64,000 bases of DNA from NCBI GenBank assembly GCA_002104905.1, contig MCFE01000470.1, forward strand, positions 1 through 64,000. Direction: 5' to 3'. The notes under the pieces were generated by a model that saw only the letters and a program-made list of their open reading frames with translations, was not told where the DNA came from and searched no databases. This DNA comes from Basidiobolus meristosporus CBS 931.73 (lineage: Eukaryota; Fungi; Basidiobolomycota). A program made the position numbers and the translations under genes. Each line of letters begins with the position of its first letter. The stretch's first letter is position 1. Positions 51,828 through 62,901 of this stretch are shown here, piece after piece.

Positions 51828-52619
51828 AGAAATTTCGAATCACGCACTTGTGAAGCGACAATAAAGCACCCTCCTGAATAAAGCGGACTCTTTAAAATGA
51901 CGCAGCGGTTGCATGCCGGACAATGGTCACTTCTTTAACAGAGCGGAGGCATGTTTCGGCCAAACCATAGTCATGCTGCCATATAGTTTGTTGGATACTG
52001 ACCATAGATCAGATTGCTGCTGCTATAGTACGCCCACTACGCAACTAGTTGTCAATATTTAGCAATTTGTTTAAAATAGCAAACCAATTCGGCATGTACA
52101 CATCCAATAAAAAACGGATATTTTGGATGGAATTTTTAGGGTGTGAATTGTCATCAGGGCTAGGGTTTAGGCGGGATTTTCTTGGTCATATCACTGTGAC
52201 ATTGCCTTACCAGGGATGATTTTTTTAGAGATCGGCTGATGTTTTTTCTGTTGATTTTTTTGGTGAGTGACAGTTACGGTGAAATCCAGGGAACCAATGC
52301 TATTGGCCACCTCCCTGTTGAAGAATTGTTAATCCTTCTGATTTAGGTTGGCGATCCCACTAATTCACCCATCTATGCTTGGATATTAATGGTGCCAGGT
52401 TCGCGAATATTGACATAGGTATGCGCAATACTGGCAAATTCATCTAGAGTTTAAAGAGGGACTTTTACTACAAATATCCCTGGAGCAGTCTTAAAGGCCA
52501 GTAATGTAGATAATTTAATGGAAATCAGATCAATTAGCGGATTCCTTGACAATCTATTCCAAAAGCGGGTTCAACCAATCAACAAAAGTCCAGCACTCGA
52601 TTTTGTACAAGGGTGGTCA

Positions 52620-53401
52620 AGACCCTACGCATAGAATCAACAACATTGTGGTGGATATTGGTTGCCATCAATCATGCAACTGGCTGGCCAATTGTACGAG
52701 CAGCAATGAATCCAGAGTACCAAGAGATACGGCAAAATCACTCTTATGGGGCATCAGAAATAAAAATGACATGCGTAAACGTACCGAACGAGAATTGGAG
52801 AAATTAAGACACCACCGCCAAGTAGCGGAAGAAGCTCAGAAGCAGGTAGCAATGAAAATGCAACTACACTGAAACCAAGCAGTAAAAGAACGGAAGGATG
52901 AGCTGAAGAAAGGAGACCAGGCATGAATCCGGAATCAAGCGCGAATGAAATTTATGTCAGTTTGACTGGGTCCCTTCAAGATTACTCGAAAGATGCAGCT
53001 TGGAACATGTCAGCTAAAGGAACAGAATGGTCAAAATTTATAGGAATTATATCACGGCAATTGCCTTACAAAGGCATCATACGACATACCAAGCCGAAGA
53101 AGAGCGAATCCAGGAGAATCCTCAAACTTAAGAAGGGAAGAATGTCAAAGACAATACGAATCAAAGGCAACAAGTGAAATATGCACTGATTATAAGAAGG
53201 ATGATCCGAAACAACACTATATAAGCATCTGGATAAGGGTCCAGTATTACACAGATATAACACTACCACAGCTCTGGAGCAGAACAGAATCGTATCACTT
53301 TAGTAAAATAAAGTGTGTCTATTAAACATGTCGAAATTATAAATGGACGCTGGAATTCAAGACAGGCTTCTTTTGGATACTTGATGGATCAGATTCCATA
53401 A
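52620..53401 (+). pseudogene. Relic of an older Ty3/gypsy: integrase fragments, PPT and probable 3' LTR
   Basis: WILVAINHATGWPIVRAA aligns with [44 protein letters not shown] aligns with [40 protein letters not shown] aligns with [18 protein letters not shown] of the adjacent intact element. Purine tract AAGAAGGGAAGAA (53130-53142) is followed by TG. Confidence 0.8.
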
Positions 53402-53760
53402 TTTTCTGTTATGATTTAAATCCTAACTAGTCACTACCGATCACTTGAACACTACTGATCGAACACCTGGAATTCCACACAGACGATCAATCGCACTCAG
53501 TGATACACACGTTATTTAATACATCTTGAACCCTCCTTTTGGAAGCTTGCCCTACGTTATCGGAAGCTCTCCCTCCGAGGCTATCTCTATATAAACTCCT
53601 TTGAACACTATCAATAAAGCATCAACCTTTTACCGGTTCATCAACTATTCAGATAACCTCTCTGATTCGTATTGGACATCCTCCGGTCCTCCTCCGCTTG
53701 CCCTCGATTCATAACATTGGTAGCAGCGAACCTCCGATCTCCAAAAAACAAAAACCTCCG

Positions 53761-53940
53761 TACCTCCCAGAAACTTTTCCAATCTCTCAGAAACTCTTCC
53801 GATCTCCCAGAAACTTTTCCAATCTCTCAGAAACTCTTCCGATCTCCCAGAAACTTTTCCAATCTCTCAGAAACTCTTCCGATCTCCCAGAAACTCTTCC
53901 GATCTCCCAGAAACTCTTCCGATCTCCCAGATATTCTTCC
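53761..53940 (+). repeat. 20-bp tandem repeat x9 in the retrotransposon 5' leader
   Basis: Unit ~GATCTCCCAGAAACTCTTCC. A 40-bp A/B alternation x3 is followed by monomers, with degenerate units on both sides. Confidence 0.95.
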
Positions 53941-54113
53941 AATTGTCCAGAGATACCCTCCGTACCTGCCCGAGACCCTCCCAACCTCCCAGAGAAACCC
54001 TCCGTTTCACTCAAAAAAAGAAAAAAAACAGTACCCAGTCAATTCTGCCAGAGAACCAGCCCCCTTGGTAAACACACCCGCCTACCGCAAATCAAACAAT
54101 ACCCAAAAACAAA

Positions 54114-57100
54114 ATGAGTGAAGAAAAGCCAAAATTTAGCTCTTCAGAAGAAATGTTGGCCTATATTGAGAGTCTTGAACAACAAGTTGCTGAGTTAGCC
54201 GGTCAAGGACAGTCCCACACAACTGAGCCTGCGGCCCTCCCTAGTCTGGACCCAAGAATGGGTAGGCAGACAGACTTGGACTCTTTACATTTTGTGAACA
54301 CCCAGAGATCATGGTTTACTGGTCAAGGTATACAGAGAGAGGGTGAAGCCTCATCTGTAAGACCTGCGGTGCCTCCCAATTCCTTGAATCTTGGAGAAGA
54401 TGGGCAAGGCTCTCTGGACTTCACAAAACAATATAGAGCAACAAATCTGAAACTTCAGAAACCCAACATCTTTGAAGGCAAAAGACACACTGCCACTCTA
54501 GAGACTTGGATATTTGAAGTAGAGCAGTACCTATACTTCTCAGATGACTCTGAAGAAGTCAAAGTACATTATGCCTGTTCACTTTTCAGAAAGGAAGCAA
54601 CCATGTGGTGGAAACTTCACATTCAAGGAATGAATAGGGGCATCTTTCCACCCATAGCCTCCTGGGCTGACTTTGTTAAAGCATTGAGAAAGAGGTTTAC
54701 ACCTATCAATGCTGATAGAATGGCAAGAGAAAAACTGTCCAAACTCTTTCAAGCCAAGTCTGTTCAAGAGTACAATGAGCAGTTTAACTTGCTTAGTATG
54801 GAAATTCAAAACATGCCTGATACTGAACTACTTGAGCAATACCTAAGAGGCCTGAAATCCAACACTAGATGGGAAATTGAATACAAAGACCCCAAAACCC
54901 TAGTAGAGGCTATGGAACTGGCAGAAAGATATGATGCCATACACTTCAGAAGGGCTGTCAACCACAGAATTGGTCACTCAAGAACTACTACAGGCCTCAA
55001 AGCCAATAACCACATACCTATTGGTAGTCAACCAATCACTGAACAAGGTGCACACTACCCCCACACACTGGAGCCTATGGACCTAGATGTTATGCAGAGC
55101 ACACCAAGACCTTCTAAAGAGGAATGCTTCAAGCTTGGACTATGCTTTTACTGCAAGGAACAGGGTCATAAAGTCAATGAATGCCCAAAGAGGCCATTAC
55201 AAAGAGTATTCCAACTCTCCACTAAGGAGGAGGAGCACACAATCAGCCTTGTTAAGGAGTATCAGAGGACTCAGAGCTTATATACTACCCCAAAGATGCT
55301 GAAACTCCCAGGGATTCTCAACAACAACCAATGTGTCTCTGTACTCATTGACAGTGGAGCAACTGATGTCTACATTTCAAAAGATGTAGCTGATCAGATG
55401 AAGCTACAAACAATCCCTTGCCCCCCAATTCACATCCTCTGTGCCACCAAGGAATCAATTATAGTGAACAGCAGGACTGAACCCTTGACTTTACAAATCA
55501 GGGACTTCCAAGACACCATTTCCCCAATTATCATACCCCAAGCCAACTTTGAAATCAATGTGGGACAAACTTGGCTAAGAAAGCACAATCCTGACATAAA
55601 CTGGCAGACTCAGGAAGTTGTAATCAACAAGGATGATGCAAAATATCATCTGTCACCCAAACCAACCCTGGACAAAGGCAATGCACCAGAACACACCATA
55701 TCAAAGAAACAGTTTGCCCACTCTATCAGACAGAATCCCAAACTGTTGCACATGATAGCCTTTGCCAAAATCCAAGAGACCACAGAAGTGACAAATGACA
55801 GGCTCAAGACCTTGTTAGCAGAGTTTCAAGAGGTTTTTCCCAAGGAAATCCCTGCACTACCCCCAAGCAGAGAGATTGACCATGCCATAGAAGTAACAGA
55901 TGATAAACCAAGAAACAGAGCCCCATATAAGTTCTCCCCAAAGGAAATGGAGACTTTGAAGGAAACATTGAAGGACTACCTGGCTAAAGGCTGGATAAAA
56001 CCCAGTAAATCACCATGGGGAGCTCCAGTACTCTTTGCTCCAAAGAAGGATGGGAAGCTACGGTTCTGTGTGGACTACAGGGCCCTAAATGCAATCACTG
56101 TCAGAAATTCCTACCCATTACCAAGAATTGATGCCCTCTTTGACCAACTGGGGAAGGCAAAGATATTCTCTAAAATAGACCTGGCATCTGGATATCACCA
56201 AATCAGAATTAAGCCTGAAGACACCTCTAAGACAGCATTCAACACAAGATATGGTCATTATGAGTTTGTTGTGATGAGCTTTGGCCTGACTAATGCCCCA
56301 GCAACATTTCAGACACTCATGAATAGCATCCTGGAACCATATTTAGAGAAATTTGTCCTGGTCTACTTAGATGACATTCTGATCTATAGTACCAGCATGG
56401 ATGACCACATGAAGCACTTGAAGACAGTACTGGCTATACTAAAAAAGCACAAGCTATATGCACAACTTCCTAAGTGTGAATTCCTCACCAGATCAGTTGA
56501 ATACCTTGGTCACATAATCTCAGATAAAGGACTACACATGGATCCAGCCAAGATAGATGCTATCCAGAAATGGGAAGCCCCAAAGTCACTCACTGAAATG
56601 AGATCCTTCCTGGGACTTGCATCATATTACAGAAGATTCATCAGGGACTTTGCAACTATTGCAGCCCCCCTTACAGACTTGACCAAAAAAGAGAAAGACT
56701 ATATATGGACCCCAAACTGTGAGACAGCTTTCCTAACTCTGAAAGAAAAGCTATGCCAAACCCCTGTGCTTCAGTTGCCTGATTTCTCAGAACCTTTCTG
56801 TGTATACACTGATGCTTCAGATCTAGCTGTTGGAGGGGTACTGACTCAAAAAGAACACCCGGTTGCTTATGAGTCCAAAAAGCTATCAGTAACTGAACAA
56901 AACTACCCAGTCCATGAAAAAGAACTCTATGCCATACTACATTGTCTGAGAGTGTGGAGATGCTACTTGGAGGGCAAACACTTTGTGGTATATACAGATC
57001 ATGCATCCCTAAGATACATTCACACCCAGAAGCTATTATCCAGAAGAATAACTAGATGGATTGAAGAACTACAACAATTTGATTTTAAAATCCACTACCT

Positions 57101-58463
57101 CCCTGGGCCAAAGAATACAGTTGCTGATGCACTCTCAAGGCAACATATATCAATGGTAGATCATGAGTTGGACTGGCCAGAATACATGCCAGAGTACTTG
57201 GCAAGTCAGACAATGCCAGAAGATTTATCACAGGAAGTAAGGGTCAAGATTAAGAAAGAAGCAGAGAATTTCTCATATGGTGAAGACGAGGTACTTTACA
57301 GACACATGGAAGAAATAGGGCCTGTACCATATATTCCATTTGTATACAGAGGTGACATGATAATCAAGAATCATAAAGCCTTTGGACATCTGGGCATCCA
57401 AGGAACTTATGAAATAACTAAAAGGAGAGCCTGGTGGCCTAAACTCAAACAATTTATAGCTGAGACCCTCAAGACCTGCCCTGAGTGCCAGCTGGCTAGA
57501 CCATACAACAAGGAACATGCCCCATTAGAACCACTGACTCCAGTTCCAGCATTCTACAGATGGGGAATTGACTTCATTGGAATATTGCCTGAAACTTCAA
57601 GAGGGAACAAGTGGATCATAACTGCAATTGACCATACCACTAAGTGGTGTATAGCAAAAGCCATGCCAGCAGCTACTGCAAAAAATGTTGCAAAATTCCT
57701 TTACCTGGAAATCTTTATGCAGTTTGGATGCCCAGGTGAAATTCTGTCTGACAGAGGAGCAAACTTTTTGGAACAAACCTTGAAAGAATACCTTCAGATA
57801 ATGGGGGTTAGACATTTGAAGACATCAGCATACCACCCTAGAACAAATGGGGTCACAGAGAGGTTCAATGGACTCTTTGGGAAGATGCTGACTACTTATG
57901 TCAAAGGAGCCAAACATAAGTGGGATGAATTTGTACATCAAGCACTCTTTGCCTGTCGTATTAGAGTCCATTCAGCAACACAAAAGTCCCCCTTCTACCT
58001 AGTGTATGGTACACATCCAAGAATCCCAGGTGATACCTTACCACCATACATCTGGGACTTAAAGAACCAAAAAGACTTGGCAGAATTCAGAACAAGGGAA
58101 CTGGAAGAATTAGGACATGCAAGACATGATGCCATCAAGAATTTAAAACGACAAGCAGAGAAGATGAAAGAACAGTACAACAAAACAGTGGTAACAAAAC
58201 CCTTAACTTTGGGAAAACTTGTATTAGTCCGAAATGAAAGTAGGCTAAAACTAGAACCACATTGGGTTGGACCCTTTATTATCACAAGAGAAATGCCCTT
58301 CAATACATTTCAACTCGCAGACATGTCAGGTAAAGTAAAGGAGGACCTAGTGCATAGAGACCGACTAAAGGAAGCACAGCTAAAAAACCCAATGACACCA
58401 CCAACCAAATACTGGTATTACAAGTCCGATAGACAGGACTCTTCAGGAGAAGAACCTCTTTAA
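54114..58463 (+). CDS. Single-ORF Gag-Pol polyprotein (1449 aa)
   Basis: Gag, [14 protein letters not shown] knuckle, protease LIDSGAT, RT YLDD, RNase H YTDAS...DALSR, integrase H-H-CC plus D,D,E and GPF motif. Gypsy domain order, and no chromodomain after GPF. Confidence 0.98.
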   Translation: MSEEKPKFSSSEEMLAYIESLEQQVAELAGQGQSHTTEPAALPSLDPRMGRQTDLDSLHFVNTQRSWFTGQGIQREGEASSVRPAVPPNSLNLGEDGQGSLDFTKQYRATNLKLQKPNIFEGKRHTATLETWIFEVEQYLYFSDDSEEVKVHYACSLFRKEATMWWKLHIQGMNRGIFPPIASWADFVKALRKRFTPINADRMAREKLSKLFQAKSVQEYNEQFNLLSMEIQNMPDTELLEQYLRGLKSNTRWEIEYKDPKTLVEAMELAERYDAIHFRRAVNHRIGHSRTTTGLKANNHIPIGSQPITEQGAHYPHTLEPMDLDVMQSTPRPSKEECFKLGLCFYCKEQGHKVNECPKRPLQRVFQLSTKEEEHTISLVKEYQRTQSLYTTPKMLKLPGILNNNQCVSVLIDSGATDVYISKDVADQMKLQTIPCPPIHILCATKESIIVNSRTEPLTLQIRDFQDTISPIIIPQANFEINVGQTWLRKHNPDINWQTQEVVINKDDAKYHLSPKPTLDKGNAPEHTISKKQFAHSIRQNPKLLHMIAFAKIQETTEVTNDRLKTLLAEFQEVFPKEIPALPPSREIDHAIEVTDDKPRNRAPYKFSPKEMETLKETLKDYLAKGWIKPSKSPWGAPVLFAPKKDGKLRFCVDYRALNAITVRNSYPLPRIDALFDQLGKAKIFSKIDLASGYHQIRIKPEDTSKTAFNTRYGHYEFVVMSFGLTNAPATFQTLMNSILEPYLEKFVLVYLDDILIYSTSMDDHMKHLKTVLAILKKHKLYAQLPKCEFLTRSVEYLGHIISDKGLHMDPAKIDAIQKWEAPKSLTEMRSFLGLASYYRRFIRDFATIAAPLTDLTKKEKDYIWTPNCETAFLTLKEKLCQTPVLQLPDFSEPFCVYTDASDLAVGGVLTQKEHPVAYESKKLSVTEQNYPVHEKELYAILHCLRVWRCYLEGKHFVVYTDHASLRYIHTQKLLSRRITRWIEELQQFDFKIHYLPGPKNTVADALSRQHISMVDHELDWPEYMPEYLASQTMPEDLSQEVRVKIKKEAENFSYGEDEVLYRHMEEIGPVPYIPFVYRGDMIIKNHKAFGHLGIQGTYEITKRRAWWPKLKQFIAETLKTCPECQLARPYNKEHAPLEPLTPVPAFYRWGIDFIGILPETSRGNKWIITAIDHTTKWCIAKAMPAATAKNVAKFLYLEIFMQFGCPGEILSDRGANFLEQTLKEYLQIMGVRHLKTSAYHPRTNGVTERFNGLFGKMLTTYVKGAKHKWDEFVHQALFACRIRVHSATQKSPFYLVYGTHPRIPGDTLPPYIWDLKNQKDLAEFRTRELEELGHARHDAIKNLKRQAEKMKEQYNKTVVTKPLTLGKLVLVRNESRLKLEPHWVGPFIITREMPFNTFQLADMSGKVKEDLVHRDRLKEAQLKNPMTPPTKYWYYKSDRQDSSGEEPL

Positions 58464-58794
58464 GTGTGGGAGTATGTTATGATTTAAATCCTAACTAGTC
58501 ACTACCGATCACTTGAACACTACTGATCGAACACCTGGAATTCCACACAGACGATCAATCGCACTCAGTGATACACACGTTATTTAATACATCTTGAACC
58601 CTCCTTTTGGAAGCTTGCCCTACGTTATCGGAAGCTCTCCCTCCGAGGCTATCTCTATATAAACTCCTTTGAACACTATCAATAAAGCATCAACCTTTTA
58701 CCGGTTCATCAACTATTCAGATAACCTCTCTGATTCGTATTGGACATCCTCCGGTCCTCCTCCGCTTGCCCTCGATTCATAACATTTCCAGGTT

Positions 58795-58866
58795 GGCTCA
58801 ATGGTCTAGTAGTATGATTCCTCGTTCGGGTCGAGGAGGTCCCGGGTTCAATTCCCGGTTGAGCCC
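58795..58866 (+). tRNA. tRNA-Pro, anticodon CGG, intronless
   Basis: Acceptor stem GGCTCAA/TTGAGCC, anticodon stem CCTCG/CGAGG with loop TTCGGGT, T-arm CCGGG-TTCAATT-CCCGG, A-box TGGTCTAGTAG, downstream TTTT terminator at ~58874. Confidence 0.95.
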
Positions 58867-59976
58867 GGTTCACTTTTGCCACTGTTTCATGGAAAGCATC
58901 TCCAGCCAGCGCATTGAAACGAATCCCACGGATGGTCCACTTTCTGGAACACGTGGTGGGTGGAGATTCCAGGTGCCGAGTAGTTGTTGAACAGATTCAT
59001 TCTGGAGGAGAGTTTCCGCAGTGTCGAGTGCCTTCGCTTCCCTCTACCATGGTAGGGATCCTTCGGGGAATGGTTGGACTCCCATATGTACCTGGATGTC
59101 CGTACTTCGACGGGCTCCCGTTTCGAGAAAAAGATCCTCCCCCGTAGCTCCGCAATTTCATCTAAGGCTGGATGACTGGCACCTTCTCAGAAGCCAATCT
59201 CTCATTCAATATATGTATAAACACGCTCTAGGCAGTCATTCCGTTGACTACAGATTACAGATTGAAGAATAGAGGTGAAGCCACATACTTGGTGGGTTTA
59301 AGACTTTCATCTTCGGCAATAACTCGGTAGTTTTACCAAACGGCACATTGGTGATCAGGAGACTGACTACGCCGATGGTTTTTTTTGTGGGTGGGGGTTG
59401 TCGTATGTGAGATTTGCCCTTACCACTCGTGTCTACCCAACACTTCATAGCTCAACCCAAGTCACTCTGAACCTGGCTAAGGGCCAGAGCGTCTTGGTTG
59501 AGGAGATGACTCTATGGCCTATAACTGATCGTGCTTTTCTAAACCGCGACAAATAAACCAGAATATCTTTTGACTTGGTCATTCCCCGCCACAATGCAAT
59601 GCCTCAGATTAAGCAATCAATTTTAGTTTACACGGGCTGTAGCGCATTTTGTGTGATTCCCTGGAGGGAATGCATAATTGCGACTGACCAAAAATAGATC
59701 GTGTCCCTAATTTAGGTGCAATAGTGGACGCAACGGCACAAATAAGGCTGGATCGGTGTCGGCAACCAGTTCCAACCTTGAACACTTGGGTCAAATCAAC
59801 GAGTGACAACACAAGCATGAGATCGGACGCGCCAGGAAGAACCTTCGATGAATTAGCGCATCACCATATGGAGGTAGATTGTACTGAACCTTCGATATTA
59901 TTAATGGTTCACCGGCTCTATAAAAGATTCCTTGCTGCACCCACCTAGTATCATTACCACTACCACTACCATTACC

Positions 59977-60657
59977 ATGAATTCTGAATTACGCGCCAAA
60001 GCCTTCCTTTTCGACCTGGACGGCACGCTAGTCAATACAATCGCCGCTGCAGAGAGGCAGTACACCATCTGGGCCACTAAACTCGGGATCGACCCCAAGC
60101 CGGTGGTTGAATACTGCCACGGGGTCAGAGCAATCGAGGTGATGCAAAAGTTCGCACCCAAGGGGGCGAAGATCACCATTGACGATGCCAACGAGTGGGA
60201 AACTGGGTTCAGCAATGATTCGGAAGGGGTCTTCGTACTCCCAGGCATACCAGAGCTCCTGAAGAAGCTTCCCAAACACCGCTGGGCTATTGTTACTTCG
60301 GGCGTCCGTGCCATGGCTGAAGCAAGACTACGGCAAATGGATCTTCCTGTCCCTGACGTATTCATCACAGCAGACACCGTAACCCGTGGAAAACCTCACC
60401 CCGAAGGATACTTGGCTGCCGCATCCAAGCTTGGTTTCAGGCCCGACGAATGCATCATCTTCGAGGATGCACCGGCCGGAATCGAGGCAGGAGTTAGCGC
60501 CGGGATTCGCACTATCGGTATCACCACTAGCTACAAGCCAGAAACCCTCCACAAAGCGAATGTTCTCATCGATGATTATCATGACATTCTGGTGGAAAAG
60601 TCGGCCAACGAGGAGGAGTTTGAAATCAAGGTGCTAAGAAACAGAAGATCGGATTAA
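59977..60657 (+). CDS. HAD-superfamily sugar/glycerol-phosphate phosphatase (YfbT/Gpp1/Dog1-like), intronless, 226 aa
   Basis: Motif I FDLDGTLV, motif II WAIVTSG, motif III GKPHPEGY, motif IV FEDAPAG. ATG at 59977 in ACCATG context. Confidence 0.93.
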   Translation: MNSELRAKAFLFDLDGTLVNTIAAAERQYTIWATKLGIDPKPVVEYCHGVRAIEVMQKFAPKGAKITIDDANEWETGFSNDSEGVFVLPGIPELLKKLPKHRWAIVTSGVRAMAEARLRQMDLPVPDVFITADTVTRGKPHPEGYLAAASKLGFRPDECIIFEDAPAGIEAGVSAGIRTIGITTSYKPETLHKANVLIDDYHDILVEKSANEEEFEIKVLRNRRSD

Positions 60658-60697
60658 ATCGCAAACCGCAAACCGCAAACCACAAACCACAAATCAC
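60656..60697 (+). repeat. 7-bp microsatellite (CAAACC[G/A]) just after the HAD stop
   Basis: AAATCGCAAACCGCAAACCGCAAACCACAAACCACAAATCAC. Confidence 0.8.
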
Positions 60698-61820
60698 TAA
60701 TGGTACATCGTGCATCGCAAATCCCCAAGTAAATAGAGTCATATGGCGGCTTCCTACTGGCCGGAATCAATTTTGTGGCCAGATCAAGATTCATTGATCC
60801 ATGCTGGAAACCAAATTAAAGGACAAGGCATTGCTTGTGCTGATTAGTATTTATCATCGGAATATTGTTCCTAGCCACTCTGGCGGACTCCAGGGTAAGC
60901 GATTCCACTGACTGAAACTAGGCAGGCGATAATCGATTTTGATGGGTGTAAAGGCTTGCAAATGGCTCTCTCTTCCACGGAGTATCTATCTTGCGACTCC
61001 GAAGCAAAGAGCCTCGAAAACATGGAAGAAGGACTCGAGGCTGCTGCCCACAATCCGGCAAGAATCGCTCGGTAATTTTATCGAAAGAGTAGAGTTACCA
61101 CAAGGAATCTAAGGGCTCAGGATGCAAGCACGGGTGTGTTGAATAGTGATGAAATGGGTTGTTCACCTGGAATAGAAAGTGCCCCAAGGACAAGCGAAAT
61201 CGTAAAAATCTTGAAGAATTAGTGCAAGCAGTTGCTACCAAAATTCGGACGGACATGGGGGGTTGTTGTTGATACTACGTCACTTGTTCCTCGCCCCAAG
61301 TTACAACGAATAGAACCGCTTGCTGAGAGTCCTTATTTGAGCTACATATATATATACATAAGCATCACGTGCGCAATATGGTTGGTAAGCCAGCTGATAT
61401 GACTGTGTGGCATATGTGTGGAGGTGATGTGATGTGATGGCATGAAGAGTAGGAGTCGGACTGCACCTGGAGGAAAACTCCATCGTTGGCTAATCTAGTG
61501 GTACATCACTCTACTTGTCTGAGCATAGTCACCACCAGATGCGAGTCGAGTTTCCCGTATGGACAGCGGATCGCTGCCCACGTCATTCTAGCTAACTGAG
61601 TCAAATGCGAACTTTAACTGAGGTTAGATACGCAATGTTCTATAGCGGTGATGTCAAAGGGAATAGGTACTGAGCATACAAGGCTGCCTCCGTTCTTTGG
61701 CTGAAACTAAACACGCAACACTCGATTTCCGTGATGTCATAGGAAATATCGAACGAGTACATAAACTTGGCACAGATCTCCGGGCACTGCAGAGTATCTA
61801 TCTCATAACTCGGAAACAAC

Positions 61821-62006
61821 ATGGAATACGAAGGAAAGAACCCCGGGAACGTTGAAGGAGGATTCAAAGCAGCCGCGCACAACCCCAACGTCTCAGCCGA
61901 GAAGCAACAAGAGTCGCTAGATAAGGCATCCCAGATCCACGAAGAACGCACTGGCAAACCGCTGAAGGAGCAGACCATTGAAAAGGAATCCAAGGATTCG
62001 AAATAA
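61821..62006 (+). CDS. con-6: Conidiation protein 6 (Con-6)-like, copy 1 (61 aa)
   Basis: KNPGNVEGGFKAAAHNPNVSAEKQ matches the Con-6 motif KNPxNVxGGxKAxxHNPNVSEExK. Confidence 0.9.
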   Translation: MEYEGKNPGNVEGGFKAAAHNPNVSAEKQQESLDKASQIHEERTGKPLKEQTIEKESKDSK

Positions 62007-62715
62007 AGATAAGGCACGCTGCAATATGTGCGCTGATTAGGGAAGAAATACAAAGGGATTCATTCGGATTCTGGAGATCTAGGCGTCCATCGTTTTGCTT
62101 GGTTCCTCGATGATGTAATAAATACAAAAGTACGCACCTTTTTATTAGCACTTTCAAACCTTCTGGTATCATAGCTCTGTGTCCAAGTGAACATCCAAGC
62201 CAAAGCCAGGCATGAGCATCATTCAAATCTAAAGTGTTATCGTGTTGGATTATGAGTATAGGCGATAATTAATGCACTTATACTGTAGAGCGCTTATATC
62301 GAACTTCAATCAGATGCATGATATCGTTGTTAAAGCATACTGCCCACGGAGAAATAAAGAGGAAGAGAGGATGAATAACGCACCAATAGGCCACAGATAT
62401 CAATCGCACTCCAGGCCAGATGCGGCATTCTTATTCATTTTTTCCGATTATTGCACTTGTTGACCTCGATCATACATCGCGTATCGGTCAAATCCGATCA
62501 GACAAACCGTGGCGCAAATGATTTAAGATACCAAAGACTACGCTGATCTGCACTGTGGATATCGATCGAATCAAGCCGATGGCATAATGTCGCTGAATGA
62601 ATCTAGTCATGAAGCACTCATCATTCATGATGTCACCAGAACCGCACGTCGAGTATATAAGTCTACAAAAGGTTTCCTGCTCTACAGAACATCTATCCAG
62701 CAACCCAGAAACACC

Positions 62716-62901
62716 ATGGACTACGAAGGAAAGAACCCCGGAAATGTTGAGGGAGGCTTCAAGGCTGCTGCCCACAATCCCAATGTCTCAGCTGAGAAGC
62801 AACAAGAGTCACTAGAGAAGGCATCGCAAATCCATGAAGAGCGTACCGGCAAACCGCTGAAGGAGCAAACCATTGAAAAAGAATCCAAGGATTCAAAATA
62901 A
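62716..62901 (+). CDS. con-6: Con-6-like, copy 2 (61 aa)
   Basis: Same motif. ACCATG start aligns with the paralogs. TATATAAG about 60 nt upstream. Confidence 0.9.
   Translation: MDYEGKNPGNVEGGFKAAAHNPNVSAEKQQESLEKASQIHEERTGKPLKEQTIEKESKDSK

Larger units (their letters stand above)
53407..58784 (+). mobile_element. Intact, recently inserted Ty3/gypsy LTR retrotransposon
   Basis: 310-bp LTRs at 53407-53716 and 58475-58784 with no differences found by eye. 4-bp TSD TTTC. PBS TGGTAGCAGCG (53718-53728, fits the 3' end of tRNA-iMet). PPT at ~58462-58474. Confidence 0.98.

Noticed and set aside
52155-52180. Telomere-like TAGGGCTAGGGTTTAGG
   Set aside because: Only 2-3 imperfect units in an internal position.
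53761-53940. Possible CRISPR-like array (also considered for 38137-38497)
   Set aside because: The units are contiguous with no unique spacers, there are no cas genes, and the context is eukaryotic.
53672-54121. 149-aa and 139-aa ORFs with repeated peptides
   Set aside because: Translations of the 20-bp leader repeat and LTR end. They have non-ATG starts and no coding signal.
59932-59976. TTG-initiated extension of the HAD ORF
   Set aside because: It is an ACCACT/ACCATT repeat in the 5' UTR. The ATG at 59977 has good context and sits the expected distance from motif I.
62587-62715. Longer N-terminus for con-6 copy 2
   Set aside because: The paralogs start at the position equivalent to 62716, and a TATA box lies within the extension.
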